The position numbers and the translations under genes are program-made. A DNA stretch of 64,000 bases, taken from Octopus sinensis (lineage: Eukaryota). This document shows positions 37,000-52,068 of this stretch, piece after piece. How positions within the stretch are numbered: position 1 is the stretch's first letter; every line of letters begins with the position of its first letter. The notes beneath the pieces were generated by a model that saw nothing but the letters and a program-made list of their open reading frames with translations, ran no database searches and was not told the DNA's origin. The stretch covers positions 40,982,001 to 41,046,000 of the forward strand of contig NC_043012.1 of assembly GCF_006345805.1 (NCBI RefSeq), written 5' to 3'.

Positions 37000-39900
37000 G
37001 TACCTCTTCTGCTAGGTCATTTGGTTTTTTATTTCATTAACACTAGCTTTACTCTATTATTCTATTTAATAATTATTTCCTTTTTGTTGTTAAATGTCAA
37101 GACACTTGACACACGAACTTTTCTTCTCCAATACCGTCTTCTTTTTACCTTCCATAGAATGTTCCAGAAATGTAATATTAATTTACTAATACTCCAGAGA
37201 TTTCCTTTTCCAACTTGCAGTTTGAACATTAACGTTTACCAAAATAAAAATAAAAAGGAAATATAAAAAGAAAACTAAACTAAATGAAAATAACAAATAA
37301 ATAAAAATAAGCGAAAATTAATTAATTATCGAGAAACACTTCAAAGCCGTAATCAATGGTAATTTTAGGAGATGTTTCAAGAATATTCTGTTATGTAATG
37401 ATACATCAAAGGTTTTTAGCGATTAATCAAAGACAATTTTTCCTTCATTCTCCGCAAGCTCTCAATAGAATTTTCATCTTCTTTTAACTGATTTGCGTCT
37501 GACATACAATATTCTTCAATGCTAATAATAGCAGGGGTCTCTGATCTTCACGTGAATACTGTAGCTATTGGTGTTTATAACCTTATCCGTCCTTAAAGGG
37601 CAAGAGGGTCTTAGATGATGCATTCGAAATTTTCAGCCGTTGTCTCTTGTTTACGGCGCACAGAAAACACTTTTTATTCCAAGTTTAATGCACGAACATT
37701 AGAGAACGGGCTGCGACAACCAAAAAGGTATTTTGAAAAAGGTTCTCCTTAAAACACGCTTGTTGTTTGTATAGAGGGATCTCGGAAAGAAATAGAAATT
37801 TCACCGGTTTTAGAAAATCCAGTTTTCTTCAACAAAGTGACATATTAGTAATAACCTAAAGGATTGAAATGGCGCTAAACGTTGCCCTTTTTATTAGAAC
37901 TCAGTCAAACATTTAAAGTAAGACTAATTAAATTTCATTGATTAGACATCAAACATTGTTTAGATAGATACATTCTATTTTAAACAGAAACCAAACATCT
38001 TGTGATAAAGGTTTGAAACCTAGAATAAAACCAAAAATATAATGCTTTCCATATGAAGAACAACGACGCGATACACGAGAATATATGAGGGGCCTGGAAG
38101 TGACGTGATGAGGATTGTTGCTAATATCTTAAATGCATTAACGGAAGAAATTATGCTTTACGTATATTCAACAAGCAGGCGCATTTCCAGCAGACTTCTG
38201 CTCACAGTATGATGGATATTGAACCTATATATATTTAGTTGGTGTCTTTTAAAAAGAGATTATATTTAATCAACATTTGGAATCGTAATCCGATTAAATG
38301 TAATTCACCTTCGTTTTAATTCGGAAGAGTGTTTTTATTTTTAATCTGTCGCAGTTGTAAAAATAACTAAAACCTTCCAAAGTTTTATTAGCGATCGCTG
38401 AAGGAATGCATGCTCTGCATACTTAATATCTACCTCAAGTTAAAGGCAATTAGATTTATTGAACAACTCCAAATTAAATAGATTTAGTTCACTGGTGTCA
38501 TGCCAACTGCTTGGATAGTATTTCTATGAACTTCGTACAAGTCAAGATTTCATATCTTATTCAGAAGTAAGTTGATCACCGAATAATAAATTTGACCCTT
38601 GTGTGATTGACAGGCCTCTTATGTTCGGAAATAATTGGAATTATATTGTTTCATAGAGAACTTCTAGAAAATAACACTATTTATGTTATTAGATATCGGT
38701 GAATCAGTGAAAATATTTCGAGATGATGGCATAGAGGATTGCCAACTCATGGAACTCGAGCCAACGAGAGCACCTCTGCAAGAACATTCATACTTATAAG
38801 GATAGCAGCCACATCTGCCTAAAACCATACTCTGCTCCCTTAAAAAGGAAAACGCATTAGATAACGTGATCTGAACAACCAAACGGAATACTTCTGGCTG
38901 CAACGCCTTTGATCTTAAGTCAACCCTCTGAGGGCCAGCCAGGGGCTCAACAGCACAGAGGTCATATTTTGTATGACATTTACCTATAATTTCTGTTTAT
39001 GAATTTACATTATCTCTTGTTTTGAATAAGATATGATATTTTCCAGATGTACCTATATGTATGTATGAATGCATGTGCGATTTTGTCTCTGAGTTTGAGA
39101 TTGTCCTCCACCACTGCAAGACAACGGGTGTTGGTTTGGTTAAGTGCCCGTAACTTAGCAATTAAGCATCAGAGACCGATAAAATAAATACCGGATAAAA
39201 CAAATACCGGTATAGATTTGTTCCACTACACCCCTAGAAACCGGTACCCCGGTATGTAATTAACGACAAGATGTGAATAACGCAAATAGACTTCCTTGTT
39301 TCAACATGGTATGCATTCATATTATCAGTTGCTGTTTTATAAATATTATGAATAAATCGTTATTTGCATTGTGAATAAATCGAATGTTTTATGAACACAA
39401 AGTCGCCGTAAAAAAATGTGTTCACTTTTGACGAACACAACAGAGATTAGCATATTTGCGTTCGAACCTGCCGCAGCACATTAAGAATAAATATTCAAGT
39501 CTTCAACAAACGTTAATATTGATCAAGAATCTATAATGATTATATTTTATCGATCCATTTTATAAGAGGAAGTTGTGTTTGTAGATTTATATATCTTCGA
39601 TGTTTTACTTGTTTTAATATTGAAATTGTGATCATGCTGGGGCACCACCTTAAAGTCAAACTTTTGTTTTTTTATCTGATATTTCTTTTATCCATCTCTT
39701 ATGAGCAACGGCTGGGTCCCGAGGTCTTTGACAAATCGACTCTAGTTGTCAAGCGGTGTTTTGTGGGGACAAAATCGAAAATAAAGACATACAAATACAC
39801 ATACACACACTCAGACACACACACACGCACGCACACACACATAGATGTATACAACGGGCTTACATGCCTTTGGCCAGCATTATAGCAGAAGCCACTTACC

Positions 39901-39939
<39 letters not shown>

Positions 39940-41084
39940 TGTGTGTGTGTATACATTTATAAAGCAATAAAAAAGATGGAATGAAGATGCTTTAATCATA
40001 GTTCACAACAATTGTTTCTGCGCAATGATAACAACTGTTATTTGCTTAGTTTTCCATATCATACTGTTGAATAAGTAAACATGATTCAGCAGCAGCTGTG
40101 TACCGGCATATCGTCGGGCGAGTAGCATGAGTTATACATGTATATCTAGCGAAAAGAAAAAAAATCTACTGTATGATGACACATGGTAGCCGATAACCAT
40201 ATAGGCGCTTTGAAAGGCACGTTATAAGGTTATTTCCAGAGGACATTAAACACACACACACACACACAATATGTTCTGTAGAGTATAATATCTACAAAAT
40301 ATTGAGGACATTAACACTTCCACACTAAGAATTTATTTGTAAAATTTACTAAATCAAATTATAAACAATTCGCACGAAAACTTGCAATCGTTTGAACAAT
40401 ACATTTATAGTTTTTAGCTGTTCAACCAAACGCCCACTATATGAAATTTCCACGATTTATTTTATTAATTATCTTAATTTCTTTTCGTAATTTGTGTTCC
40501 ATTCTTAAAAGAAAGGAAGTCAAAAATGAAAACTGTTAAGGTGTGTTCATTGTTTCCGGGAAAAAAAATGAAATTTTCTTTAATGCACGGCGTTTATTAA
40601 AGTCTTTTATAGCCGCCATTCTTTCATTATGAGTCATTGCACTTGGTGAAATTATATAAAAATATTTCCAAAAGAGCTGGGTGAAATAATTCAACAATAG
40701 AATAATTAATAATCGCAAACGTTAATTATGAAATAACCATATTTTAGAATTATTTTTCGCTGAATTTATATTAGAATCAACAATAGCTTCTCTTTCACAT
40801 CTGAAAGAAATCTTAGAATATTATTCAAATTAGCTGGTAAAATATAAATAATAATAAAGGTAGCTATTTTGCAGTAAACGAGAAACAATAACATGTATTT
40901 CGTGTTATGCTGGTAGCAACCGAAACTATGGAACGAAATTGAAAACGTAACTGCCAAGTTTAAATATAATGAAACAAATTATAGGATTGTATTTACTTAA
41001 ATTGCAAAACTAGTAAAATATAGGATTGTAAACATTTGCGGAGTTACTGAAGACGATATAAGTATACATACATGCATACATGCA

Positions 41085-41115
<31 letters not shown>

Positions 41116-41539
41116 TTACAAACATACATGCATACATACATACATGCATACATCCATCCATCCATCCATACATACATACATACATACATACATACATGCA
41201 TGCATACATGCATACATGCATACATACATGCATACATACATACATACATATATGCATACATAAACACACACATACACACACAGACAGACACACGCACACG
41301 TTTATGTATTTGTATAAAGCCGATGCTTTCCTCGCTGTCCACACTGGGTTCATGCAACGCATTCGTTTAGGAGAAATTATCGACTCAAATATTCGAGGAC
41401 ATGCACTCAATGTTCTCTGTTTGGCTTGCAATATGAAGCCTGAAAGTGTGGCATGGAGACATACATGTCGAAGTATATGGATTTATATATATATATACGT
41501 ATATAAGTTTATGCATATAAGTGTGTGTGTGTGTGTGTG

Positions 41540-41585
<46 letters not shown>

Positions 41586-42666
41586 TATATATATATAACT
41601 ATATATGTATATATATGAATATAAGTATATATATATAAATATAAGTATATATATATTATATATATATATATATATATGTATAAATATATATATATATATA
41701 TATATATGCATACGCACACATATTACATACATACATACATACACACAAAGATATTTGTGCTTAAATTATATATATGTTACGTGCGCGTGTGTCTGTGTGT
41801 GTGTGAGGGAGCCCGTGTGTGTGTGTTGCATATATTTGTGTCTCCCCTTTTTTTTTTCTTTTTAAGCCAAACATTTTACCAGCAAATACTTTCACAAACA
41901 CAGAATTACAGATTCAGATTTCATTTTCCTTTTTTTCGTTTTGTCGTTCATTTATCGCAGAACGATCTGCAGAATCACTGTGGAACCACTTAAATGTCCT
42001 GCTTCATAAAGCAGCTTACTTTGCTTCCAACTCCTATTCTCATTCTTCTAACCCTCCCCCTGCCAACCTCGCCATGACCACCACCACCACCGCCATACCA
42101 CCACGTACATACATTCGCCAAGTACAAAGACTTCTTGTGATCAATGCAGTCCAACAAACTGTCCTGTAGTGACAGAATGTCTGCAATAAAACTCCGTGTC
42201 CTCCCAACCTTATCTTTACCTTCGCTATTTCCTTCCAACCTTCCTCTCATTTAATGTATGTTTCCCAACTTTTCGAAACATAAAATGCTGTACCATATCA
42301 CCAAATAAAGGAACTTGTTTCACTTTATGATTTTACAAGATATATCTACTGAGCTAGAGTAAGGGTCTCTATGTGATTCTCCGTCCTCCTGGATATAGCA
42401 GATAAATCGCCCTCAAATGATATCATAGTGTCTTCAAAAAAAGAGAAGAAAGTAGGATACACTATAACTAGAAAAATGTCGAAGTATTCAAGGCTGGAGA
42501 ATGAGCATTTGTTTGCTCATTCTGCGCAAACCTAGGGTTAAACTACTTCCACAACAACAAGTCCATTAAATTCCACTTCCAATATGCCAAAAATGATGAA
42601 ACATCTGATATACGAGACTGTCTCAATGTCCCGAGGCCTCCAGCATGGTTTCAGTATCTTAAATAC

Positions 42667-42988
42667 GAAGGCACTTGGTTTAGTGGTTAGGGTGTTCGGC
42701 TTGCGGCCACAACGTTATGTGTTCAATTCCTAGTAATGCGCAGTTTCCTTGAGCAAGAGACTTATTTCATATTGCTCCAGTTCACTCAGCTGGCAAAAAT
42801 CAGTTGTGCCCGTAATGAAAAACAGCCAGCTTTGTAACAATCTGTGTTACACTGAATTTCTCTGAGAACTACGTTGAGGGTACGTGTGTCCGTGGAATGT
42901 TCAGGTACTTGCGCATTAATTCCACGAGCAGACTGTTGCGTTGATCGATTCAACTGAAACACTTGTCGTCGTAACCGACCGAGGGCCA
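42667..42988 (+). mobile_element. Chimeric SINE: family D-type head with family C tail
   Basis: ccttgagcaag..ttgctccagttcactcagctggcaaaaat as in 28752; gagaactacgttgagggtac..gtcgtcgtaaccgacc..gcca as in 16740-16863. Confidence 0.7.
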
Positions 42989-43795
42989 GTAGCTCAAAAT
43001 CTACGAGTGTTGAGTAAAGTATTTCTTATTTACCACACTAGTCATCTTTTGTCTCGAAGAATTGCAGTGGAAGCTATGACATCATTGCTAGTAGAAACAG
43101 ACTATGGTCGTGATTCTTGCGGGATCGTTTTATGAAAGGAAACCTGTTATTGCATCGAGGACGCTTCTACGCAGAAGAACACCGAAAAAGCCTCGAAAAT
43201 TTCATTCTCTCTTAGAAAGACATAACACTCACATTATCTCATTTCACTTCGTAAGAGCTTATAAAAAGAACATATACAGATATTGTAGACCCAGATATAT
43301 AGAATACAGGAGAGTCACAGTTGGAATGCTTTTGATCTTATGATCGATGAGAGGCGACTAGGGTTTAAACAAGAATAAATCGTGTTTCGTGTTTTATAAT
43401 GAATCATCGTTAGAAGGCAGCTCGAGCCATTAGCCAGTTTTTCTCCGAGTCCTCTATACTTTTGCCACGAAACAATTTCCAGCTTTAAGGTCCATAAATG
43501 TTGCCAGGGTGATCCTGGGAATAGTGATAATTAAGGAGTAACAACTCTCTATTGTCTTACACACTAAACTCCTGAACAGAGGCCGCAGCATTGGATGCAG
43601 TTTAATATCTTGTCCAGGACGTCCAACTATCTTAAAAATGGCGCTTTGAATGTCTGCGGCAGAGGAGCTGCTACATACATCACTATCCCCCTCCCCCTCT
43701 CTGTCATTCTGCATACATACATACATATAGATCTAGACTGTTTCATGGTCTCTCTACCCTCATTCTCCTCTCTCTCTCTCTCCTCGCTTCCACAC

Positions 43796-43851
<56 letters not shown>

Positions 43852-44399
43852 GGAATATTTTCTGCTCTTCGTATGATTTCAACGACGAACACGGTACTAG
43901 ACAGTTAATATTCACTTAACTTACACTAAACGTTTCAATTTGGTTCGGTTCAATAAACACAATTTTATAGGAAAAGAAAGGAAAGAATGACTCCCCTTGA
44001 GATTAACAGACATTTATTGCTATTTGTCTCTCAGACACACACAACGCACAAACACACACCTACACACACGTATATATATATATATATATGAATATATATA
44101 TTTCTCACTTGGACGGTACATTTTGATAATAAATTGCACTGTTTCGTAATCTGAGAATACTCAGGAAATCACAATTGAATTGTATAATATACAACTAGCC
44201 CGAAGCTGCCAAGTTTCAAATAGAAAAATACAACAATCATAATAGAGTGATATCATGTGCCTATTCGTATCACCATTATATATACGGAGTAGGCTATGCA
44301 CATTAGAAGTGACACAAACGCATTTATTAGTGCTTACAATGTCAAAAGACGTCGCCGTACATTTTTATAACGTTTATTCATCATTACGTACATTTTCGT

Positions 44400-45240
44400 T
44401 TCAAATTTCTTTACAACGCCTACATTGTTGGGGAAGGGATTAAGTCGAGTACATCTACCCCGGTGCTTAACTGGTCATTATTTTATCGACCCCGGAAAGA
44501 TGAAAGGGAATGCCAATCTCAGCGGAATTTGAACTCAGGACTTGAAGACTAGCGAAATGCTCAGCGTGCTAACGATTCTGCCAACTCACCGCCTTAATAA
44601 TAATGGTTTTAAATGTTGACACAAAGAGTAGATCGACCCCAGTACGCAACTGGTACTGAATTTATCGACCCCGAAAGGATGCCAGGCTGAGTCGACCTCA
44701 GTGGAATGGAATTTGAACCCAGAACTTAAAGCAGACGAAATGCCGTTAATCATTTTGTCCGGCGTGTTAACTATTCCAGTTTCAAATCCGCTGAGATCAA
44801 TTTTGCTTTTCATCTCTCCGTTGGAGTAAAAGTGAAATACTATTCTTTTCTACTCTAGGCACAACGCTAGAAATTTTTCGGGAGGGGTCCAGTCGATTAG
44901 ATCAATCCCAGTACGCAACTGGTACTTAATTTATCGACCCCGAAAGGATGAAAGGTAAAGTCGACCTCAGCGGAATTTCAACTCAAAACGTAAAGACAGA
45001 CGAAATAACCCGGCGTGCTAATGTTTCTTATTCCTTTACTACCCACAAGGGGCTACACGCAGAGGGGACAAATAGGGACAGGCAAACGGATTAAGTCGAG
45101 TATATCGACCCAAGTGCGTAACTATTATTTATTTAATCGACCCCGAAAGGATGAAAGGCAAAGTCGACCTCGGCGGAATTTGAACTCAGCAGTCCGCCCG
45201 GCGTGCTAATGTTTCTGCCAGCTCACCGTCCTCTCTTACG
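44400..45240 (-). mobile_element. Cluster of family A SINE copies, including a dimeric copy (44843-45240)
   Basis: Four atcgacccc..gaaa.gatg..gtcgacctc..ggaattt.aactca bodies in series. Confidence 0.8.
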
Positions 45241-46074
45241 TACGTATTGAAGGTTTACATAACTATGTTGATAGATTAAGTCTGTGGGTGTTGAAACGGA
45301 TAATTCTTAAGATTCTAACCAAGAATTCCAGTCTTTCTATATTTCTCTTTTTTTTTATCGTATTTGTTATTTTTCGCTGTCTGTAAGTCTGAAAAGTCTC
45401 ACGCAGCTAAAAGATAAATTATGTTCTAGAATGTCTTTCTTGCTTCACTTCCTGTTGCAGCAACACTTTTTTTTTTTTACAGAAACCGGTGTGTATTTGT
45501 AATTTTTGATACTCATGATATATAAGGTTTTCTGAAATTCAATAACATCCAATTCAGTTCTTTGTCATTGTGCATCATACACACACACAGACACACGCGC
45601 ACACACACATACATACACACATACGCACATAAGCACACACAGACGCAAACACACAGACACACACGCGCACATACAGATACACACACAGATACACACAGAC
45701 ACAAAAACACAAACACATACACATACACACGTGCACAAACACACACACATACACACACACACAAAATCACACACACACATATTGACACACGCATACAGAT
45801 ACGCAGACACGGACAGGCACAAACGTGTCTATTTACATACATATATACATACAGACACACAAATATATATATGCATATGCATACACACACGCATATATAT
45901 GTGTACATACACACACACACACACACATGTTTATTCACAGAATATTTTCACAGTGACATTAAATGTATTTCACTTTTATTAAACAATATTGTGTATGATT
46001 TCATCAGAAAGATTTATTCATAAAAAAAAACTTTGCGTTGGTGCATTTGAAATCTCTCTCTCTCTCTCTCTATC

Positions 46075-46129
<55 letters not shown>

Positions 46130-46323
46130 CTCTGCCTGTCTATGTAGGTATGTATGTGCATGCGTATGTTTATATTATATATATATATATTATATATATA
46201 TATATATGTATGTATACATCCATGTATGTATATGTATGTGTGTGAGTCTGTGCATGTTTCTATATATTTATGAGTGGGTATATATATATATATGTATATA
46301 TATATATCTGTAGATACATATGT

Positions 46324-46390
<67 letters not shown>

Positions 46391-46791
46391 CTTTGTGTGT
46401 GTGCGAATGCGTGTACGAAGCAGAGCATGAATGTCGTCTGTTCCACACGGCATGTAAGGTATACTTTTAATTAAGTCTGCAGTTTTAGACTGAAACTAAC
46501 AAATAAAACGTATGTTCTTTATTATATTTCATTTCATCCCGAATGAATAGGTACTAATGAAGATATTTATGGCTAATTATTTCACTAGCACTGTGAAATT
46601 GTGAGACGAAGCGATGACGGCAAAAAACCGAATGAGAAACAAAATAGAAAATTTAAAATCACACGAAGGAAGGGCAGTAAAACGTTGAGAGGAAAAGGGA
46701 ATGTGATTGTTAGAAAGGAGAAAGAATGCGATCGAGTGCGGAATATGGAATGATAGAGAAAGAAATAGAGAAGAAGAGAGAGAATGTGAGT

Positions 46792-46835
<44 letters not shown>

Positions 46836-47269
46836 AGGTAAGAAAGGAAAATGGAGAAAAGGATGAATTGTGTTCGAGATTGAGAAAAAATGGCGTTTGT
46901 TGAGTAGAAAAGTAGAAAGGCGAGAGGCAAGTAGATCAACACAATTAGTTTAGTGGGTTAGAGTGAAGAATGGAGGATGATTGTAACATTATTTTACACT
47001 ATGTAGGAAGTGAAGGAGATAGAATGAAATTGTATTGAACTGTGAATGTGTGTGTGTGTGAGTGCTGTAGTTCGATATCAATAAATTTGACAGATGAAAA
47101 ATAAGCCTTAAAAGAATTGAGTCTTGACAAAATGCCAGTGAATATAGAGAATTCATGAAATGCTTCAGTTTCTTTATTCCTTTTGTAAGTAGCTGTGTGG
47201 ATATGAACAATCGTTTTCCAATCGCTTGGTTTCTGGTTCGATCCCAACTGCACGGCGAGACGTCGGGCG

Positions 47270-47652
47270 AAATGCTTAGCGGTATTTCGGCTGCCGTTAC
47301 GTTGTGAGTTCAAATTCCGCCGAGTCGACTTTGCCTTTCATCCTTTCGGGGTCGATAAATTAAGTACCAGTTACGCACTGGGGTCGATGTAATCGACTTA
47401 ATACCTATATCTGTCCTTGTTTGTCCCCTCTGTGTTTAGCCCCTTGTGAGTAATAAAGAAATAGGTATTTCGTCTGCCTATACGTTCAGAGTTCAAATTC
47501 CGCCGAGGTCGACTTTGCCTTTCATCCTTTCGGGGTCGATAAATTAAGTACCAGTTACGCACTGGGGTCGATGTAATCGGCTTAATCCGTTTGTCTGTCC
47601 TTGTTCGTCCTCTCTGTGTTTAGCCCCTTGTGGGTAGTAAAGAAATAGGTAT
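47270..47652 (+). mobile_element. Dimeric family A SINE (183-184 bp period), preceded by a family B head fragment
   Basis: ggtat(ttcg) recurs at 47281, 47464 and 47648; the two bodies are near-identical. Confidence 0.85.
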
Positions 47653-48059
47653 ACTTGTTCCTAACATAACCCTAGGTTGATAAATTACTTGCAAGTGGAC
47701 GTTAAAAGAGAGGCACTGTGCTCTTTGGTATTTCTTCTGACTCTCTTCGTCCTCAATTTAAATCCGGTCGAAGACAACATTGATTCTTATCCCCCGTGAA
47801 TCAATAAATATTACTCCAGTCAAATCCTCCTAATTTGATTACTATGAAACAATTATCTTAAAACACCTATAAACATAACAAGTAAACATTTACTGACGGA
47901 GTGATTCAATACCGAGTATTTACTGAGAAAATAGAATTGATCGATTCATCACAATAAATTTAAACGAGGAATTCTTTCTCTGTCTCTGTCAATCTGTCCG
48001 TCACTCTGTTGGATACTAATAACTTGCTGTTAGGACTCAATATACGTATACTTCAGTAT

Positions 48060-48345
48060 AAAGCATTATCGATCCCGAAAGGATGAATGGCAAAGTCGAC
48101 CTCGTCGTAATTTGGACTCAGAACGTAAAGACAAAAGAAATACCTATTTCTTTACTACCTACAAGGAGCTAAACACAGAGAAGACAAACAAGAGCAGACA
48201 AACGGATTAAGTCGATTACATCGATCCCAGTACGTAACTGGTACTTATTTAATCGACCCCGAAAGGATGAAAAGCAAAGTCGACCTAGGCGGAATTTGAA
48301 CTCAGAACGTAGCGGCAGACGAAATACGGCTACGCATTTCGCCCT
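48060..48345 (-). mobile_element. Dimeric family A SINE, partial
   Basis: Same tail-to-body junction (gaaatacctatttctttac) as 47270-47652, in reverse orientation. Confidence 0.8.
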
Positions 48346-48491
48346 GCATGATTTGCTTTATTAAATTTTGTACACACACACATGTATACATAAGTATATA
48401 TCTGTTTATACGGGTACATATATATATATATATGCATATACACACACATATACGTGGTTGAGTATGTGTGTGAGTGTGTGTGTGTGTGTGT

Positions 48492-49788
48492 GCGTACGTC
48501 TCATTTTCATTGTCTAATGAGCTCAAAAAGTCTATTATAAAATGTCTACCAAATTTCATTCCCAAAACATTAGACAATATCACAATGAGAGAATATCCGT
48601 AACAAGTTTTGATAAAGTTTGATTGAAACCCTAAGACTTCGATCTACTTTAATAGGTGCAGCATAACGGGTAGAATGGCAATATTGGATCTCCATCTAAT
48701 AAATTAACAATCATCAAATGAACCAATGAAGAAACCTTCAATCGAAGGCTTAGAAATAGCAGCTAATTCTCCACGCAATTAATACCCTCATGTCTCAAAA
48801 ATCAAGAAAATAAGATAACATACACGTATATACACGTATAAGATAACATATATTCCCTGAATGAATGTCACCACTTCTTCTGACTGAAATACTTTTAACC
48901 TCAAATCAGCTAAATCAGGGATGATCAGGGGCTAAAGGACAAAAAAAAAACAAAAAAAACATAAGAAACAATGAAAGTAATTTAAATTAATGTACGATTG
49001 AGTTGGAGCTTAATAACTTTTATTTGAAAATTTCTATTTTCTTTTAATATATATTTGTGGTGAACATTGAATGTATATACTTAAGGGACGTAAAAGTGAG
49101 CAACAAGTGTCTTATAAAATATATAAAATCCAGAATCAGATGGAACTGGTTGCTGGTTCAATGGCCAAGAAATAATTCAATGCGAAGTATCGCAATTTAA
49201 ATAAATGCAATTACTATGAGAATAAGTTAAGGCTCGACATTTCGAGATATTGGCTCTTTGTCAAGAAAATGAAAAAAGATTGCTAGGCGCTGGTGAAGAA
49301 ATACATCTGAATATATCTCCCTCGACAGCATATGTATCTCTCCTTTTGTCTTTCTTGATAAAGAACCTATGATCCGAAATATCTGGCTTTCCTTTTCTCA
49401 GGTAACTACATTCATTTAAATAATCTTATTGTCATATAAAAATATATGTAACAAAACAGTGAATCAGACAACATGTAACCTATGTATGCCTACACAAACC
49501 AAACCAAAATAGCATATTTTTTAGAAGAAGCGATATTAAAAAAATCCGCCAAAAATATATCCTTTGTCGTGCCATATAAACGTAACAAATAAAGTAGTAC
49601 TTTTCTAAGTAAGTTTAAATGGATTCCATCTCGTGACAAAATAGCCAGCTCAGCTACTCGGGAAAAGCGAGAGTAGGTGTCGCTAAATGTGAAGAATTGA
49701 CAATAGGCCTCCATTAACGTACAAGTCACTAAAAACGCCAAATAATGTATTTATAATGTTTCTTGATTGACCACTTCATTTTCACCCG

Positions 49789-49871
<83 letters not shown>

Positions 49872-51182
49872 GTGTGTGTGTGTGTGTGCGTACGTCTCAT
49901 TTTCATTGTCTAATGAGCTCAAAAAGTCTATATAAAATGTCTACCAAATTTCATTCCCAAAACATTAGACAATATCACAATGAGAGAATATCCGTAACAA
50001 GTTTTGATAAAGTTTGATTGAAACCCTAAGACTTCGATCTACTTTAATAGGTGCAGCATAACGGGTAGAATGGCAATATTGCATCTCCATCTAATAAATT
50101 AACAATCATCAAATGAACCAATGAAGAAACCTTCAATCGAAGGCTTAGAAATAGCAGCTAATTCTCCACGCAATTAATACCCTCATGTCTCAAAAATCAA
50201 GAAAATAAGATAACATACACGTATATACACGTATAAGATAACATATATTCCCTGAATGAATGTCACCACTTCTTCTGACTGAAATACTTTTAACCTCAAA
50301 TCAGCTAAATCAGGGATGATCAGGGGCCTAAAGGACAAAAAAAAAAACAAAAAAAACATAAGAAACAATGAAAGTAATTTAAATTAATGTACGATTGAGT
50401 TGGAGCTTAATAACTTTTATTTGAAAATTTCTATTTTCTTTTAATATATATTTGTGGTGAACATTGAATGTATATACTTAAGGGACGTAAAAGTGAGCAA
50501 CAAGTGTCTTATAAAATATATAAAATCCAGAATCAGATGGAACTGGTTGCTGGTTCAATGGCCAAGAAATAATTCAATGCGAAGTATCGCAATTTAAATA
50601 AATGCAATTACTATGAGAATAAGTTAAGGCTCGACATTTCGAGATATTGGCTCTTTGTCAAGAAAATGAAAAAAGATTGCTGTGCGCTGGTGAAGAAATA
50701 CATCTGAATATATCTCCCTCGACAGCATATGTATCTCTCCTTTTGTCTTTCTTGATAAGAACCTATGATCCGAAATATCTGGCTTTCCTTTTCTCAGTAA
50801 CTACATTCATTTAAATAATCTTATTGTCATATAAAAATATATGTAACAAAACAGTGAATCAGACAACATGTAACCTATGTATGCCTACACAAACCAAACC
50901 AAAATAGCATATTTTTTAGAAGAAGCGATATTAAAAAAATCCGCCAAAAATATATCCTTTGTCGTGCCATATAAACGTAACAAATAAAGTAGTACTTTTC
51001 TAAGTAAGTTTAAATGGATTCCATCTCGTGACAAAATAGCCAGCTCAGCTACTCGGGAAAAGCGAGAGTAGGTGTCGCTAAATGTGAAGAATTGACAATA
51101 GGCCTCCATTAACGTACAAGTCACTAAAAACGCCAAATAATGTATTTATAATGTTTCTTGATGACCACTTCATTTTCACCCG

Positions 51183-51185
<3 letters not shown>
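48492..51185. repeat. Near-identical tandem duplication, ~1395-bp period
   Basis: 48492-49791 and 49888-51185. The ORF track shows the same 83-aa ORF at 49490 and 50885. The differences seen are mostly 1-nt indels. Confidence 0.95.
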
Positions 51186-51255
<70 letters not shown>

Positions 51256-51748
51256 GTGTGTGTGTGTGTGTGTATGTGTGTATACATATATATATGTATA
51301 TATATATATGTATGCATATATATATATATATATATGCATATATATACATATATATATGTATATATATATATGTATGCATATATATATATATACATATATA
51401 TTCATATATATATGTGTGTGAGTGAGTGTGTATATATCTATGTATATATGTGTGTGTATGTGTGCTTGTCTGTTCATATTTCCTACGTACCTATCCGTGT
51501 GCATCTCTATCTGTATACATTCATATCCAAATAGTAAGGCACCATGTTCAAGTCAAAGTCGCAGTCGTGTACAAAATAAAATTACAGGTACATACCGAAG
51601 TAGAAACGGATTAATATTCCAGTTGCATATACGATCAGAAGCGGCCGATTTTATATACGAAGAGTCTTAACACTGTACCTAGAAACATACCACTGCACCA
51701 GTTGCACTGCACTTACTAAACTCCAGGTCCACGCTAATTGCAGTTTGT

Positions 51749-51789
<41 letters not shown>

Positions 51790-52068
51790 TACGTCATATG
51801 TAAACAAACATAAGTTTGTTTTTGAAGCATTGAAATGTAGAACAAGTACAAAGATATATTTTTCAACGCGTAAATACTGACAGCTGCGTATATGGAATAA
51901 AATCCTTGAAACGCAGAAAAATTTGTCGGCAACCAGCCATGAAGATCGAACTCATACCCCTCTAATATCAGTGTGCTCTACCTTTAAGCTAAACTGCCGA
52001 CCGACAAATTCTTATTTTAAGTATCATAACTACAAAATTCTTGTATTGAAACCACGTGGTGATATCTT

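Noticed and set aside
49770-49793. ..ttcacccggtgTA resembling a Tc1/mariner terminal repeat
   Set aside because: No inverted partner end was found.
49490-51136. Identical 83-aa ORF occurring twice
   Set aside because: A consequence of the tandem duplication; TTG start and no recognisable domain.
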